A stretch of 51,295 bases of DNA from Patescibacteria group bacterium (GTDB lineage: Bacteria > Patescibacteriota > JAHJAL01): contig JBMORM010000020.1 in assembly GCA_049322675.1 (NCBI GenBank), positions 1 to 51,295 of the forward strand, read 5' to 3'. The notes beneath the pieces were generated by a model. It made no database searches. It worked only from the letters and a program-made list of their open reading frames with translations, and was not told the origin of the DNA. Positions within the stretch are counted from its first letter, which is position 1. Each line of letters begins with the position of its first letter. Position numbers and translations under genes: made by a program. Below are positions 9,282 through 18,022 of this stretch, in pieces.

Positions 9282-10754
9282 ATGAACTCGAAAGAAAAAA
9301 TTGGGTACAAAGATAAATTTCCGGAAGGAGAGTTTCCTATTGATGACTCGAGAAAACGAGAACTAGCAAATGATATTGGGCAGGCGATTGAGGATAGAAA
9401 GAAATATTTTCGTGGAGTATTTCTGAGTGAACATGAAAAGAATACTGGTGAAAATTTACAGGTATGGAAAAGTTTTACTTCTTTTGGGGCTTTATTGACG
9501 ACAAAGGATAATTTAAGAAAACTTAAAGAAAAATATCCCAAATCCGTGGCATTTTTTTCCGAAGATAACAAAGTAATCTCAAAAGAGCATCAGAATATAG
9601 TCTGTTTGCGTGGTCGGGATTATTATTTCTTTTACAAAGAGTTGAAGGATAATATTAACAAAGCTTCATATGAAAAATATCAGAATTTGATTGGTGATTT
9701 TCAAGATATAAACAGAATATTGGATGAGGAATATGCTGATGTTGACACGAGGAAAATGCTTTTTCAAGAGAAGGTGTTATTTCTGGCCTTGTTGGATTAT
9801 CGTAAAAATATCTTATTGAATGTATATAATTCGGCTGTACTTTTGAAATCAAATAATTTTGAGGTATTGGCCGGAGAAACCAAAGAGAATACAAAAGGTC
9901 CTCTAGGTTTTAATAAGAGTAAAAAAATATGGGATGAAAAAACGTCTGGTTTGTTGGACGGTATTGATTTGAATAATATTGAAGTTTTTTCTAACCAAAT
10001 ACAGATGGCGGTGGATGATTATTACAAGATATTATTGGGAGTAGAAGGTAAGGTTTCAATTATTGGAAGTGAGCAGGTTAATAAGGTTTCGGAAAAGATT
10101 GTGAGAATATTGTCTATTTTGGAGACGGATATTGAACCTGTAAATAGAAAGTATGTAAAAAATATTTTAAGAAAAATATTTCGATCGGAAAGGGCGAGTG
10201 ACAATCCTTTATTGAATTTACTTCAAGCCTATTTGCAAAAAACAAAGGATCAAAAAGATGGTATAGAATATGATTATCTGGTTTCAATTTTGTATGGGGG
10301 TTTGGAGTTGGCTTATGTTTATAAGACTGTGGGAAAATTTTTAGGAGATAAAAAAAGTGACAATGCCAAGATAATTCCTATGATATTATCTCAGTACAAT
10401 GTAAAGAATTTTTCTGAGGCCGGTTTGTTGCATCAGTATATGCCTTTAAATAAAACCGAAAATTTTGAATCTAAAAATGTGTTGTTGATTGACGACAATA
10501 TAGTGACCGGTAAGACATTTGATGCAACTATTAAGATGTTTTTGAATGTTGGGGCAAAAATAAGAGGGAGTGTCACAGAGATTGATATGTACAAGATTGC
10601 TGATAATTATTTACCGATGTCATTATTGAATTTGATTACTCCTTCAGTAGCGCAGGTATTACCGATTAATTTGAAAAATCGGGAACATAATCCAAAGTCG
10701 GCATCAATCAAATATTCGCAGATGCTTTATAGACTTTTGAAAATGGATAAATAA
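9282..10754 (+). CDS. hypothetical 490-aa protein with a C-terminal phosphoribosyltransferase-type domain
   Basis: PRPP-loop-like motif NVLLIDDNIVTGKTFDAT near the C-terminus. The ~380-aa N-terminal region is Lys/Asn-rich with no motif I recognise. Confidence 0.6.
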   Translation: MNSKEKIGYKDKFPEGEFPIDDSRKRELANDIGQAIEDRKKYFRGVFLSEHEKNTGENLQVWKSFTSFGALLTTKDNLRKLKEKYPKSVAFFSEDNKVISKEHQNIVCLRGRDYYFFYKELKDNINKASYEKYQNLIGDFQDINRILDEEYADVDTRKMLFQEKVLFLALLDYRKNILLNVYNSAVLLKSNNFEVLAGETKENTKGPLGFNKSKKIWDEKTSGLLDGIDLNNIEVFSNQIQMAVDDYYKILLGVEGKVSIIGSEQVNKVSEKIVRILSILETDIEPVNRKYVKNILRKIFRSERASDNPLLNLLQAYLQKTKDQKDGIEYDYLVSILYGGLELAYVYKTVGKFLGDKKSDNAKIIPMILSQYNVKNFSEAGLLHQYMPLNKTENFESKNVLLIDDNIVTGKTFDATIKMFLNVGAKIRGSVTEIDMYKIADNYLPMSLLNLITPSVAQVLPINLKNREHNPKSASIKYSQMLYRLLKMDK

Positions 10755-10770
10755 TTTAGAGATGATTTAC

Positions 10771-10806
10771 AAAAAAAACAATCCGTCAATTCACGGATTG
10801 TTTTTT
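10771..10806. terminator. bidirectional intrinsic terminator
   Basis: A8-CAATCCGT-caattc-ACGGATTG-T6, between convergent genes. Confidence 0.6.
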
Positions 10807-10826
10807 GTAGAAAATTTATCAGGGGA

Positions 10827-11009
10827 TTAATGGGATTTTGTATAATTGAAAATTAATAAACCAAGGGCGAGGGCGATGGTGATGGTGGCGAGAATCCAAA
10901 AGGTTTGGCTGAGGCCGAAATATAGGTAGAAGGAATAAACAATGCTGGAAGTTATCATGATTATTATATATTGAAAGAGGGATAGAGGGCCGACGAATTT
11001 TTTGTTCAT
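10827..11009 (-). CDS. small two-TM membrane protein (60 aa), hypothetical
   Basis: Internal ATG at 11009 (MNKKFVGPLSLFQYIIIMI...). The longer 116-aa ORF-track version runs antisense through tRNA-Ser and is rejected. Confidence 0.45.
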   Translation of the reverse strand: MNKKFVGPLSLFQYIIIMITSSIVYSFYLYFGLSQTFWILATITIALALGLLIFNYTKSH

Positions 11010-11095
11010 AAATTGGGATCTATTTTGATAAAAAATAATTTTCGAGTTTATCATAACAGTATAGAAATGATAAAATGAAGAAGATGCGAGAGCAG

Positions 11096-11185
11096 GGAGA
11101 GGTGGCTGAGTTGGTTGAAGGCGCTCGACTCGAAATCGAGTATCCGTCGTAAGGCGGATCGTGGGTTCGAACCCCACCCTCTCCG
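11096..11185 (+). tRNA. tRNA-Ser (anticodon CGA)
   Basis: 90 nt: acceptor GGAGAGG/CCTCTCC plus G, anticodon loop CT-CGA-AA, long variable arm, T-arm GTGGGTTCGAACCCCAC. No encoded CCA. Confidence 0.9.
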
Positions 11186-11317
11186 TTTTTTAGAAGTAAA
11201 AGCATATTTTTACTTCTTTTTTTGGAGTTGGTTTAGGGTTTTTGGGAGGGGAGAAATTTTTTCACGTTCAAATAGTGTAAAATAGAGGTGTGGTTACTTT
11301 ATAAAATAAAATAGATT

Positions 11318-12061
11318 ATGAAAAAAGTTTGGTGGATTGTTGGAGGGTGTTGCGCAGTGATGGCGGGGTTGGTAGTGGTAGCGGTGGCAGTGGTAATCGC
11401 CGGGTTGTTGCTTGTTCCCAAAAGTATGCCTGATATTACCGGGATGTTGGGTTTGAATAAGGCACGGGATTTGGGGGTGAGATATTCTTACGAAGATCTT
11501 CAGGCGGGTAGAGAGATTACACAGGTGGAGTTTGAAGATTTGCCGGAAAGCAGCGAGGCTTCTATTCAGTTTTCCGGAGAAAAAGATATATCGGGAGAAT
11601 TTTCCAGTGAGATGATAACGGCGATGATCAGTGGGGCGACGTACAAATATTATCCCTTGACCAATACTCAGGTAAAAATATATCCGGGAGGTTTGATTGA
11701 AACTTCGGGGAATATTGATATATCCAAACTGGTGAAGTGGGCGACCGATCTCAATGCTGATCCGGAAGTAACCGGTCAGATTGATCAATATATTGGTGGG
11801 ATAGCGGCCAATCCCAGTTTTTATCTCAAAGGGACAATGTCGGTGACTAACAATAATGTTGATTTGAATGTGCAGCAGGCGCAGATCTCGGTGTTGCAGG
11901 TGGACAAGGCGACTATTGATCAATATCAGGGTCAGGTAGCCGATTTTGTGGAAGAAAGGATTGCCAATGTGCCGGGGATGGATGTGCGGTCGGCGGATTT
12001 TTCTTCGGGAAAATTGATATTGGATGCAAGTTATCCTGAAATTGAGAAAACTTTGAAGTAA
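11318..12061 (+). CDS. membrane-anchored hypothetical protein
   Basis: 247 aa. N-terminal TM (WWIVGGCCAVMAGLVVVAVAVVIAGLLLV) followed by a soluble domain with no recognised motifs. Confidence 0.6.
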   Translation: MKKVWWIVGGCCAVMAGLVVVAVAVVIAGLLLVPKSMPDITGMLGLNKARDLGVRYSYEDLQAGREITQVEFEDLPESSEASIQFSGEKDISGEFSSEMITAMISGATYKYYPLTNTQVKIYPGGLIETSGNIDISKLVKWATDLNADPEVTGQIDQYIGGIAANPSFYLKGTMSVTNNNVDLNVQQAQISVLQVDKATIDQYQGQVADFVEERIANVPGMDVRSADFSSGKLILDASYPEIEKTLK

Positions 12062-12099
12062 CGAGGTGGATTATTTGTTTCGGATAAAAAATATTTTTC

Positions 12100-12819
12100 A
12101 TGAAAATTAGTCAGAAAATATGGAGTTTGGTAATACTGGCGGTGGTGATATTGGCGATTGCGGCGGTTGGGACTTATTATGTAAGTCGTGCTCGGACATG
12201 GCAGTTGTTTGGCAATCTTTATTGGCGAGTCGATACGCAGGAAAAAGTGGTAGCCTTGACTTTTGATGATGCGCCCTCAAAATATGTTGATGAAGTGTTG
12301 ACTGAATTGCAAAAACAGGACGTTAAAGCGACGTTTTATGTAGTGGGGGCGGGTTTGGAAAAAGATCCGGAGATTGGAAAAAGCATTGTGGCGGCCGGAC
12401 ATGAGTTGGGGAATCATTCTTATTCTCATAAACGCTTTGTTTTTAAATCTCAGGAATATATTGATGCAGAGATTTCCAAAACCAATGATTTGATAATGGC
12501 GGCGGGATATACCGGGGAGATTACTTTTCGGCCGCCAAATGGAAAAAAATTGTTTGGTTTGCCTTGGTATTTGTATCGACATCAGATAAAGACAGTGATG
12601 TGGGATGTGGAGCCGGATACGAAATACGCCGGTGACGTCGATAAGATTATTACTTCGACTTTGGAGGAGACCAGGCCCGGTTCGATTATTCTTTTGCATC
12701 CTTTTTGTGGTCAGGAGTGTGCGGCTGATCGAGAAGCTTTGCCGGAGATAATATCCAGTTTGAAAGAGCGGGGCTATCGATTTGTGACGATAAATGAGTT
12801 GATAAAAATGAGCAATTAG
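12100..12819 (+). CDS. polysaccharide deacetylase (NodB homology, CE4), membrane-anchored
   Basis: NodB motifs ALTFDDAP, GHELGNHSYSH, FRPPNG and IILLHP, plus an N-terminal TM. Confidence 0.85.
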   Translation: MKISQKIWSLVILAVVILAIAAVGTYYVSRARTWQLFGNLYWRVDTQEKVVALTFDDAPSKYVDEVLTELQKQDVKATFYVVGAGLEKDPEIGKSIVAAGHELGNHSYSHKRFVFKSQEYIDAEISKTNDLIMAAGYTGEITFRPPNGKKLFGLPWYLYRHQIKTVMWDVEPDTKYAGDVDKIITSTLEETRPGSIILLHPFCGQECAADREALPEIISSLKERGYRFVTINELIKMSN

Positions 12820-12851
12820 TAAGATTAATAAATTTTTATGAAAAAAATAAT

Positions 12852-13148
12852 TTGATCGGGATAGCATTAAAACAGGCGGTGGGGGTTTTTGGTTATGTGC
12901 TGTTGGTCTCTTTGTTTATGAATAATGCGGAAAAGATTTTTGGAAAAGAAGATGGTTTGTGGGCGCCGGTGGCGTTTTTGATGTTGTTTGTGATTTCGGC
13001 GGCTGTCACCGGATTTATGGTATTGGGAAAATCGGTGATGTTTTATCTGGATGGGGCCAAAAAAGAAGCAATCAAATTGTTGATGCTGACGGTGGGCTGG
13101 ATGGCGATCATGATGTTGTTGGTGATGTTGGGATTGTTGGTTTTTTAA
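12852..13148 (+). CDS. small integral membrane protein, hypothetical
   Basis: 98 aa, TTG start, three hydrophobic segments. Co-directional with its neighbours. Confidence 0.5.
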   Translation: MIGIALKQAVGVFGYVLLVSLFMNNAEKIFGKEDGLWAPVAFLMLFVISAAVTGFMVLGKSVMFYLDGAKKEAIKLLMLTVGWMAIMMLLVMLGLLVF

Positions 13149-13161
13149 ATTATAGAAAAAG

Positions 13162-14211
13162 ATGAAACAATCTTGGCAACTGATTTTGTATAGTTTTTGT
13201 CATTTGGTGGTGGATCTGGTTTGCGTGGCGTTGGTTTTGAGTTCGCAAAGATTGGGGATGATAGCGGAAGTTCAGTATTGGTGGTTGATTGTGACGTACA
13301 ATTTTTTGGCGTTTGGGACGCAGGTTGGTTGGGGGATATGGCTGGACAAATGGCAAAAGCCGAAGAATGCAGTAATGATCAGTTTTTTGTTGATTATTTT
13401 TGGGTGTTTGTCGGCCGGGCTAAATGTGTATGCGATGGTAATATTGTTGGGTTTGGGAAATGCTTTGTTTCATGTGGGAGCGGGAAGTTGGGTATTGAAT
13501 ATATCTGAGGGAAAGGCAAGTAAACCGGGTCTATTTGTGGCGCCGGGAGCGTTGGGGTTGTTTTTGGGAGTTGTCTGGTCCAAAGCCGAGATAGAGTATT
13601 ATTGGATTTTGGTTTTTTTGATGGGTTTGTGTCTGATTTTAGTTTTTTTGCTGGTAAAACTGGGGAGTAGCTATCAAAAAAAATTTGTTAAAGTTAATTT
13701 TGCTTGGGAGTTGGTGTTGTTTTTGATGTTGCTAACAGTGCAGTTGCGCTCGTTGCTTGGGGTGATTTTGGTTTTTTCTTGGAAGAGTAATCTTGTCTGG
13801 TTAACGGTTTCAGTGATGGGAATTGTTTTCGGTAAAGGATTGGGGGGAATTTTGGCGGACAAATGGGGGTGGAGAAAAATCGGAGTAAGCTCGTTGTTGT
13901 TGTCGATAGGATTATTGACTTGGGGCGTATCCAATCCGCTGTTGGCCACTTTGGGGTTATTTTTGTTTAATTTCACGATGCCGATAACTTTGACGGTTTT
14001 GGCTAATGTGTTGCCTGGTCGACCGGGTCTGGCTTTTGGTTTGACCTGTTTGGCGTTATGGCTAGGTGTGATACCGTCGATTTTGGGGTTGGATTATTGG
14101 CTAAAAAATGGATGGGTGGGAGGCGGATTGATTTTGTTGTCGGCTATAGCTTTATTTTTCGGTTTAAAATATTATTATTTGTTTAAAATTGATCATGGAA
14201 AAAATGTTTGA
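13162..14211 (+). CDS. polytopic membrane protein, MFS-like transporter candidate
   Basis: 349 aa with about 10 hydrophobic segments. GKGLGGILADKWGWRKIG resembles MFS motif A (GxLaDrxGrr). Confidence 0.55.
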   Translation: MKQSWQLILYSFCHLVVDLVCVALVLSSQRLGMIAEVQYWWLIVTYNFLAFGTQVGWGIWLDKWQKPKNAVMISFLLIIFGCLSAGLNVYAMVILLGLGNALFHVGAGSWVLNISEGKASKPGLFVAPGALGLFLGVVWSKAEIEYYWILVFLMGLCLILVFLLVKLGSSYQKKFVKVNFAWELVLFLMLLTVQLRSLLGVILVFSWKSNLVWLTVSVMGIVFGKGLGGILADKWGWRKIGVSSLLLSIGLLTWGVSNPLLATLGLFLFNFTMPITLTVLANVLPGRPGLAFGLTCLALWLGVIPSILGLDYWLKNGWVGGGLILLSAIALFFGLKYYYLFKIDHGKNV

Positions 14212-14398
14212 TGTCTTGACGACGGTGTGTGATATGCCTCCTCTTTTTCCTCCACCAGAACCGATTTTCGAGCCAACGGGACAAATCGGGGTTGGGGTGT
14301 GGGTGGTGTTGGGGTTGGTAATGTTGGCGATATTGGGAGTAGGGGTAAAATTGATTTTGTTGTTGGTAAAAAATTTGAAAGAGAAGAAAAATAAGTAA
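14189..14398 (+). CDS. small single-TM protein, hypothetical
   Basis: 69 aa (TTG at 14189; first ATG at 14195). Pro-rich N-terminus, one TM, basic tail. Overlaps the upstream gene's end. Confidence 0.4.
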   Translation: MIMEKMFDVLTTVCDMPPLFPPPEPIFEPTGQIGVGVWVVLGLVMLAILGVGVKLILLLVKNLKEKKNK

Positions 14399-14454
14399 TT
14401 TTTTTCGATTTGGTTCTTGGGTATAATGTTAGTGAATTATTTAATTAAAAAAAT

Positions 14455-14745
14455 TTGATGGAATTTATTTTATCGGTGATGGGAATATTTTTTGTTTTGC
14501 CGAGAATAGTGCTGGTTGTGGTCTATATCTTTTATCGGTGGTGGTTAAATAGTATGCCGAATATTTGGTGGATGGTGGCCGGTTTGTTGTTGGCACCATA
14601 TACCATGTTGTGGTATTGCGCGGTTCACAATTGGTGGGGTGGAGGTTGGAATTGGTGGCAGTTCTTGATTTTGGCAGTAGCGATTTGGGCGGATCTTACT
14701 TCTACTGTGAGAAATATTCAGATGTTGTTTGTGAGAGAGAAGTAG
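14455..14745 (+). CDS. small Trp-rich membrane protein, hypothetical
   Basis: 96 aa. Hydrophobic segments with WW/WWGGGWNWWQ clusters. Confidence 0.5.
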   Translation: MMEFILSVMGIFFVLPRIVLVVVYIFYRWWLNSMPNIWWMVAGLLLAPYTMLWYCAVHNWWGGGWNWWQFLILAVAIWADLTSTVRNIQMLFVREK

Positions 14746-14756
14746 GAGATTTTGAT

Positions 14757-14852
14757 TACAAAATCAATTTCCAATTTCCAATTCTCAATTTCCAATAAAT
14801 TTCCAATGTTTGGAAATTGGAAATTGAGCTTTTTTTGGAAATTGGAAATTTT
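14757..14852. repeat. palindromic TTTCCAAT-run intergenic element
   Basis: The left arm is CAATTTCCAATTTCCAATTCTCAATTTCCAATAAATTTCCAATG. The right arm is its near inverted complement, TTTGGAAATTGGAAATTGAG...TTGGAAATTGGAAATTTT. It contains the 25-mer CTCAATTTCCAATAAATTTCCAATG (14784..14808), which is identical to 50827..50851. Confidence 0.85.
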
Positions 14853-14921
14853 ACGCATAGTTTTTTTGAGAGAGCAAGTATTGAAACTTGAATGTAGAGA
14901 TTACAATAAATAGTAATAAAA

Positions 14922-15746
14922 TTGAAACGTATGTTTTCCAGAATTAAAAAATTTTGGTGGTTGGGGTTGGTGATTTTTTTGGTGGGGTTGACGGGTTATT
15001 GTGTTTTTGAGGCTTTTTGGATAAAAGTGGAAAATATTACTTATCGAAAAGATGTGCCGGCGGCATTTTCAGGATATAAAATCGTGTATTTGTCTGATAT
15101 ACATTATGGTCCGTTTTTTTCTGATGAAAGATTGGCCGAGATGGTGGAGCGAGTAAATGGGTTGCGTCCGGATTTGATATTGTTGGGAGGTGATTATATT
15201 TTTGATAAAACCGATCAGATTGAGCCGGTTTTTCAAGGTTTGTCGCAGTTGAAAGCCAAAGATGGCGTGTTTGCCGTATTGGGGAATCATGATCACTGGG
15301 AAGATCCGGATGTTTCTTGGAAATGTATGCGAGAAGCGGGAATTGTGGCGTTGGACAACAAGGCGACGTGGATTGTCAGGGGAGGGGAAAAAATCAGGTT
15401 GGGAGGTGTGGGGGACTGGTGGAATGATAAAGTAGATTTTGAGCCAACGATAGCCGGTACTACAAAAGGTGATTTGGTTATTTTACTTTCGCATAATCCG
15501 GATGTGGCGGAATTGGAGGATAGCGGTTTGGTGGATTTGATTTTGTCCGGGCATACGCACGCCGGTCAGTTGACTTTGTTTGGTCAGTGGGGGGTGATAC
15601 CTTCATTTTATGGACAAAAATATCGGCAGTCTTGGGCAAAAGCCCAAGAGACAGATGTTTATGTTTCGCGAGGAGTGGGAAATACTTTTTTGCCATTGCG
15701 ATTTTGGGCAAGGCCGGAAATTACGGTTCTTACTTTAGAAAATTAA
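14922..15746 (+). CDS. calcineurin-like metallophosphoesterase, membrane-anchored
   Basis: Motifs LSDIHYG, GGDY, GNHDH, SHNP and GHTHAGQ, with an N-terminal TM. TTG at 14922; alternative ATG at 14931. Confidence 0.85.
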   Translation: MKRMFSRIKKFWWLGLVIFLVGLTGYCVFEAFWIKVENITYRKDVPAAFSGYKIVYLSDIHYGPFFSDERLAEMVERVNGLRPDLILLGGDYIFDKTDQIEPVFQGLSQLKAKDGVFAVLGNHDHWEDPDVSWKCMREAGIVALDNKATWIVRGGEKIRLGGVGDWWNDKVDFEPTIAGTTKGDLVILLSHNPDVAELEDSGLVDLILSGHTHAGQLTLFGQWGVIPSFYGQKYRQSWAKAQETDVYVSRGVGNTFLPLRFWARPEITVLTLEN

Positions 15747-15756
15747 TTGAAGTCAA

Positions 15757-16659
15757 ATGAAAATATCGGTAATAATACCAACTTTGAACGAGGAAAAATA
15801 TTTACCCAAGTTGCTGGGTGATTTGAAAAAACAAACTTTCACTGATTTTGAGGTGATTGTGGCGGATGCGTTCTCCAAAGATAAAACTCGGAAAATTGCC
15901 GAAAGTTATGGGGCAAAGGTGGTAGATGGAGGGATGCCGGCGGTGGCACGAAATGCTGGCGCCAAAGTGGCGCGGGGTGATTTTTTATACTTTTTGGATG
16001 CCGATGTGCGCGTGAAAAAGGATTTTTTGGAAAAAAGTTATTTTGAAATAGAAGATAGGTTTTTGGATTTGGCGACTTGCGATTTGGTGCCGATTTCGGA
16101 CTTGATGATTGATAAAGTGTTTCATCAGATATCCAATATTTTTATCAAGCTGCAGCAGTATTCAGATCCGATAATTTCCGGTTGTTGTATTTTGGTATCG
16201 CGACGTTTGTTTGAAAAAATAGGTGGGTTTGATGAAAAGTTGAAGTTGGCCGAAGATCATAATTTTGCCAAAAGAGCGGCGGTGTGGCGAAAAATGGGTG
16301 TGTTGTTTGATACGGATGTGATGCTCAGTGTAAGGAGATTGCGCAAAGAAGGAAGAGTCGGTTATGCCGAGATGGTATTGAAAACAGTTGTTTATCGGGG
16401 ATTGATTGGTGAGATTAAGGATGATTTGATTAAATATGATTTTGGTGAGTTTGAGAGAAATAACAATGGTAAAGTCGAAAAAATACTCATCAGATATGAT
16501 AAAAAATTATCTTTGATAAATAAGCAAATTAATAAAATGATAAAAAATGGACGAAAGGATAATGTTTGGTTGGATACTTTTTCCGAACAAGGTCTTCTTT
16601 TCAAAAAACAATATCTCAAGATGTTGGAGGGGATAAAAAAGTTGGTAAAAATAAAGTAA
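15757..16659 (+). CDS. family 2 glycosyltransferase
   Basis: ISVIIPTLNEEKYLPKLL, FLDADV (DxD) and AEDHNF. Confidence 0.85.
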   Translation: MKISVIIPTLNEEKYLPKLLGDLKKQTFTDFEVIVADAFSKDKTRKIAESYGAKVVDGGMPAVARNAGAKVARGDFLYFLDADVRVKKDFLEKSYFEIEDRFLDLATCDLVPISDLMIDKVFHQISNIFIKLQQYSDPIISGCCILVSRRLFEKIGGFDEKLKLAEDHNFAKRAAVWRKMGVLFDTDVMLSVRRLRKEGRVGYAEMVLKTVVYRGLIGEIKDDLIKYDFGEFERNNNGKVEKILIRYDKKLSLINKQINKMIKNGRKDNVWLDTFSEQGLLFKKQYLKMLEGIKKLVKIK

Positions 16660-16689
16660 AATTAGGATAGATAATAATTTGGAGGATGT

Positions 16690-17268
16690 ATGAAAGTAAA
16701 AGTGTGGTTGTTGGCATTTTGTTTGTTTTTATCGCTGGCCAATATTGGTTTGTCTGCCAAAGCGGTCGCGATTGACCCCAATCAGATCAAGGACAGTATT
16801 GATACCGAGAAATTGAAAGAATTGGGTGACCAGATCAAAACAAATTTGGAAGAAAGTAAGGAATGGCGTTGTTCGATGATTACAACCAGGATTGAGACGT
16901 CTATAGCCCGGTTTGACAACAATAAAGATCGGCATGTGCAAACCTATCAAGAGGTCAAACAAGATATCAATGATATGATTGTGATTTGGAAAGCGGCGGG
17001 ATTGGATACGACCAAGTTGGAACAGGATTTGCAGACTTTTGATCAGATGATCTTGGATTTGGTTTCCGACTATTCCGCCTTTATTGCCAAATTGGGTCAA
17101 ACCAAAGATTTGGCTTGCGGAGAAGCCGAGGGTCAATTTAAGGATGTATTAAATGAAGCGAGAGTATTGATGAAAGTTGTTCATCAAGATATTTTGGAGA
17201 TTCGCAATTTTTACCAAACGGTGATCCGGGTTGATTTGAGTATTTTGGAAAGTCAGATGCAATTATAA
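16690..17268 (+). CDS. secreted hypothetical protein
   Basis: 192 aa. Signal peptide MKVKVWLLAFCLFLSLANIGLSAKA, preceded by GGAGGA. The remainder looks helical with no motifs. Confidence 0.6.
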   Translation: MKVKVWLLAFCLFLSLANIGLSAKAVAIDPNQIKDSIDTEKLKELGDQIKTNLEESKEWRCSMITTRIETSIARFDNNKDRHVQTYQEVKQDINDMIVIWKAAGLDTTKLEQDLQTFDQMILDLVSDYSAFIAKLGQTKDLACGEAEGQFKDVLNEARVLMKVVHQDILEIRNFYQTVIRVDLSILESQMQL

Positions 17269-17286
17269 ATAATATTGGGAGTGATT

Positions 17287-17715
17287 ATGGAAAATGAAAA
17301 TGTAAAGTCGGAAGAAGTAAAAAAAGAAGAGGTTGTGACAAAAGAGGGGGAGAAGGCCGGAGAAAAGAAAAAGACGGCAACTTGGGTGTATTGGTTGATC
17401 GGCTGTTTGGCGTTGATTGTGATTGTGGTTTTGGTAATTGGTGGTTTGGCCTGGTGGGGAATAAATCAAGCCGGCAAAGCCTTGAAAGAAAATTCCAATC
17501 AATGGGAAGACGCTTTGAAAGAAAATCAGGATGCCTGGAAAGATTGGGAAGAATTGGGAAACAAATTGGATGATAACGCCGATACTGACAGCAGTTCGAC
17601 GGGAACGGAGGGTGATATCAAAGCACAGATGGAAAAATTGGATAAAATGATGAATGATATGTCGGAGGATGATTTTTCTGAGGACAAGTTGTCGGATAGC
17701 GAATTGGGGATGTAG
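17287..17715 (+). CDS. membrane-anchored acidic hypothetical protein
   Basis: ATG at 17287 (the ORF-track TTG is at 17275). One TM (WVYWLIGCLALIVIVVLVIGGLAWW) and an acidic Asp/Glu-rich C-terminus. Confidence 0.55.
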   Translation: MENENVKSEEVKKEEVVTKEGEKAGEKKKTATWVYWLIGCLALIVIVVLVIGGLAWWGINQAGKALKENSNQWEDALKENQDAWKDWEELGNKLDDNADTDSSSTGTEGDIKAQMEKLDKMMNDMSEDDFSEDKLSDSELGM

Positions 17716-17725
17716 GGTTTGGTGC

Positions 17726-17832
17726 GACAAAAGAAGGCAAGACAAAATATTTTTAAAATTTAAACTAGCGGAAGGGATATGGATAGCTTAACAGTAAATT
17801 TTTAAAAATATTTTGTCTTGCCTTCTTTTGTC
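17726..17832. repeat. 33-bp perfect inverted repeat with a 41-nt loop
   Basis: GACAAAAGAAGGCAAGACAAAATATTTTTAAAA (17726..17758) has its exact reverse complement at 17800..17832. Confidence 0.9.
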
Positions 17833-17842
17833 TGTTATTGGA

Positions 17843-17946
17843 AAAAAGTGAAAAACCTCCGGTTTGGTTGCCGGAGGTTTTTCTTAAGAAAAAATTAATA
17901 TTTGGGGTGTATGATGGGGGCGTTGAGGTTGTTTTGGTGGTAAAAT
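17843..17946 (+). repeat. 104-bp direct repeat, copy 1 (contains a terminator hairpin at 17851..17882)
   Basis: AAAAAGTGAAAAACCTCCGGTTTGGTTGCCGGAGGTTTTTCTTAAG...GTTTTGGTGGTAAAAT matches 19132..19235 with 2 mismatches. Confidence 0.9.
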
Positions 17947-18022
17947 TGAAATTTTGTTGTAATTTTTAATATTGAAAATAAAAAATGTATTAGGGCAAAA
18001 AATAAGGCTTTAGACCAGATAA

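Noticed and set aside
8927-11205. ORFs 8927..9109 (-), the 10827..11177 (-) long form, and 11020..11205 (-).
   Set aside because: Their conserved-looking parts (RFELTIRPKTDSGFQDRR, GFEPTIRLTTDTRFRVERL, GGVRTHDPP) are antisense translations of the two tRNA-Ser genes. This is a well-known artefact.
11294-12867. Long minus-strand ORFs of 209 aa and 196 aa, opposite the 11318 and 12100 genes.
   Set aside because: They have no motifs and an Arg/His/Ile-rich shadow composition. The plus-strand genes have TM or NodB motifs and proper starts.
12959-13508. Alternate-frame Gly/Val/Asp-rich ORFs (68 aa and 103 aa) overlapping the membrane-protein genes.
   Set aside because: They are frame-shifted readings of GT-rich codons of hydrophobic proteins, with no independent support.
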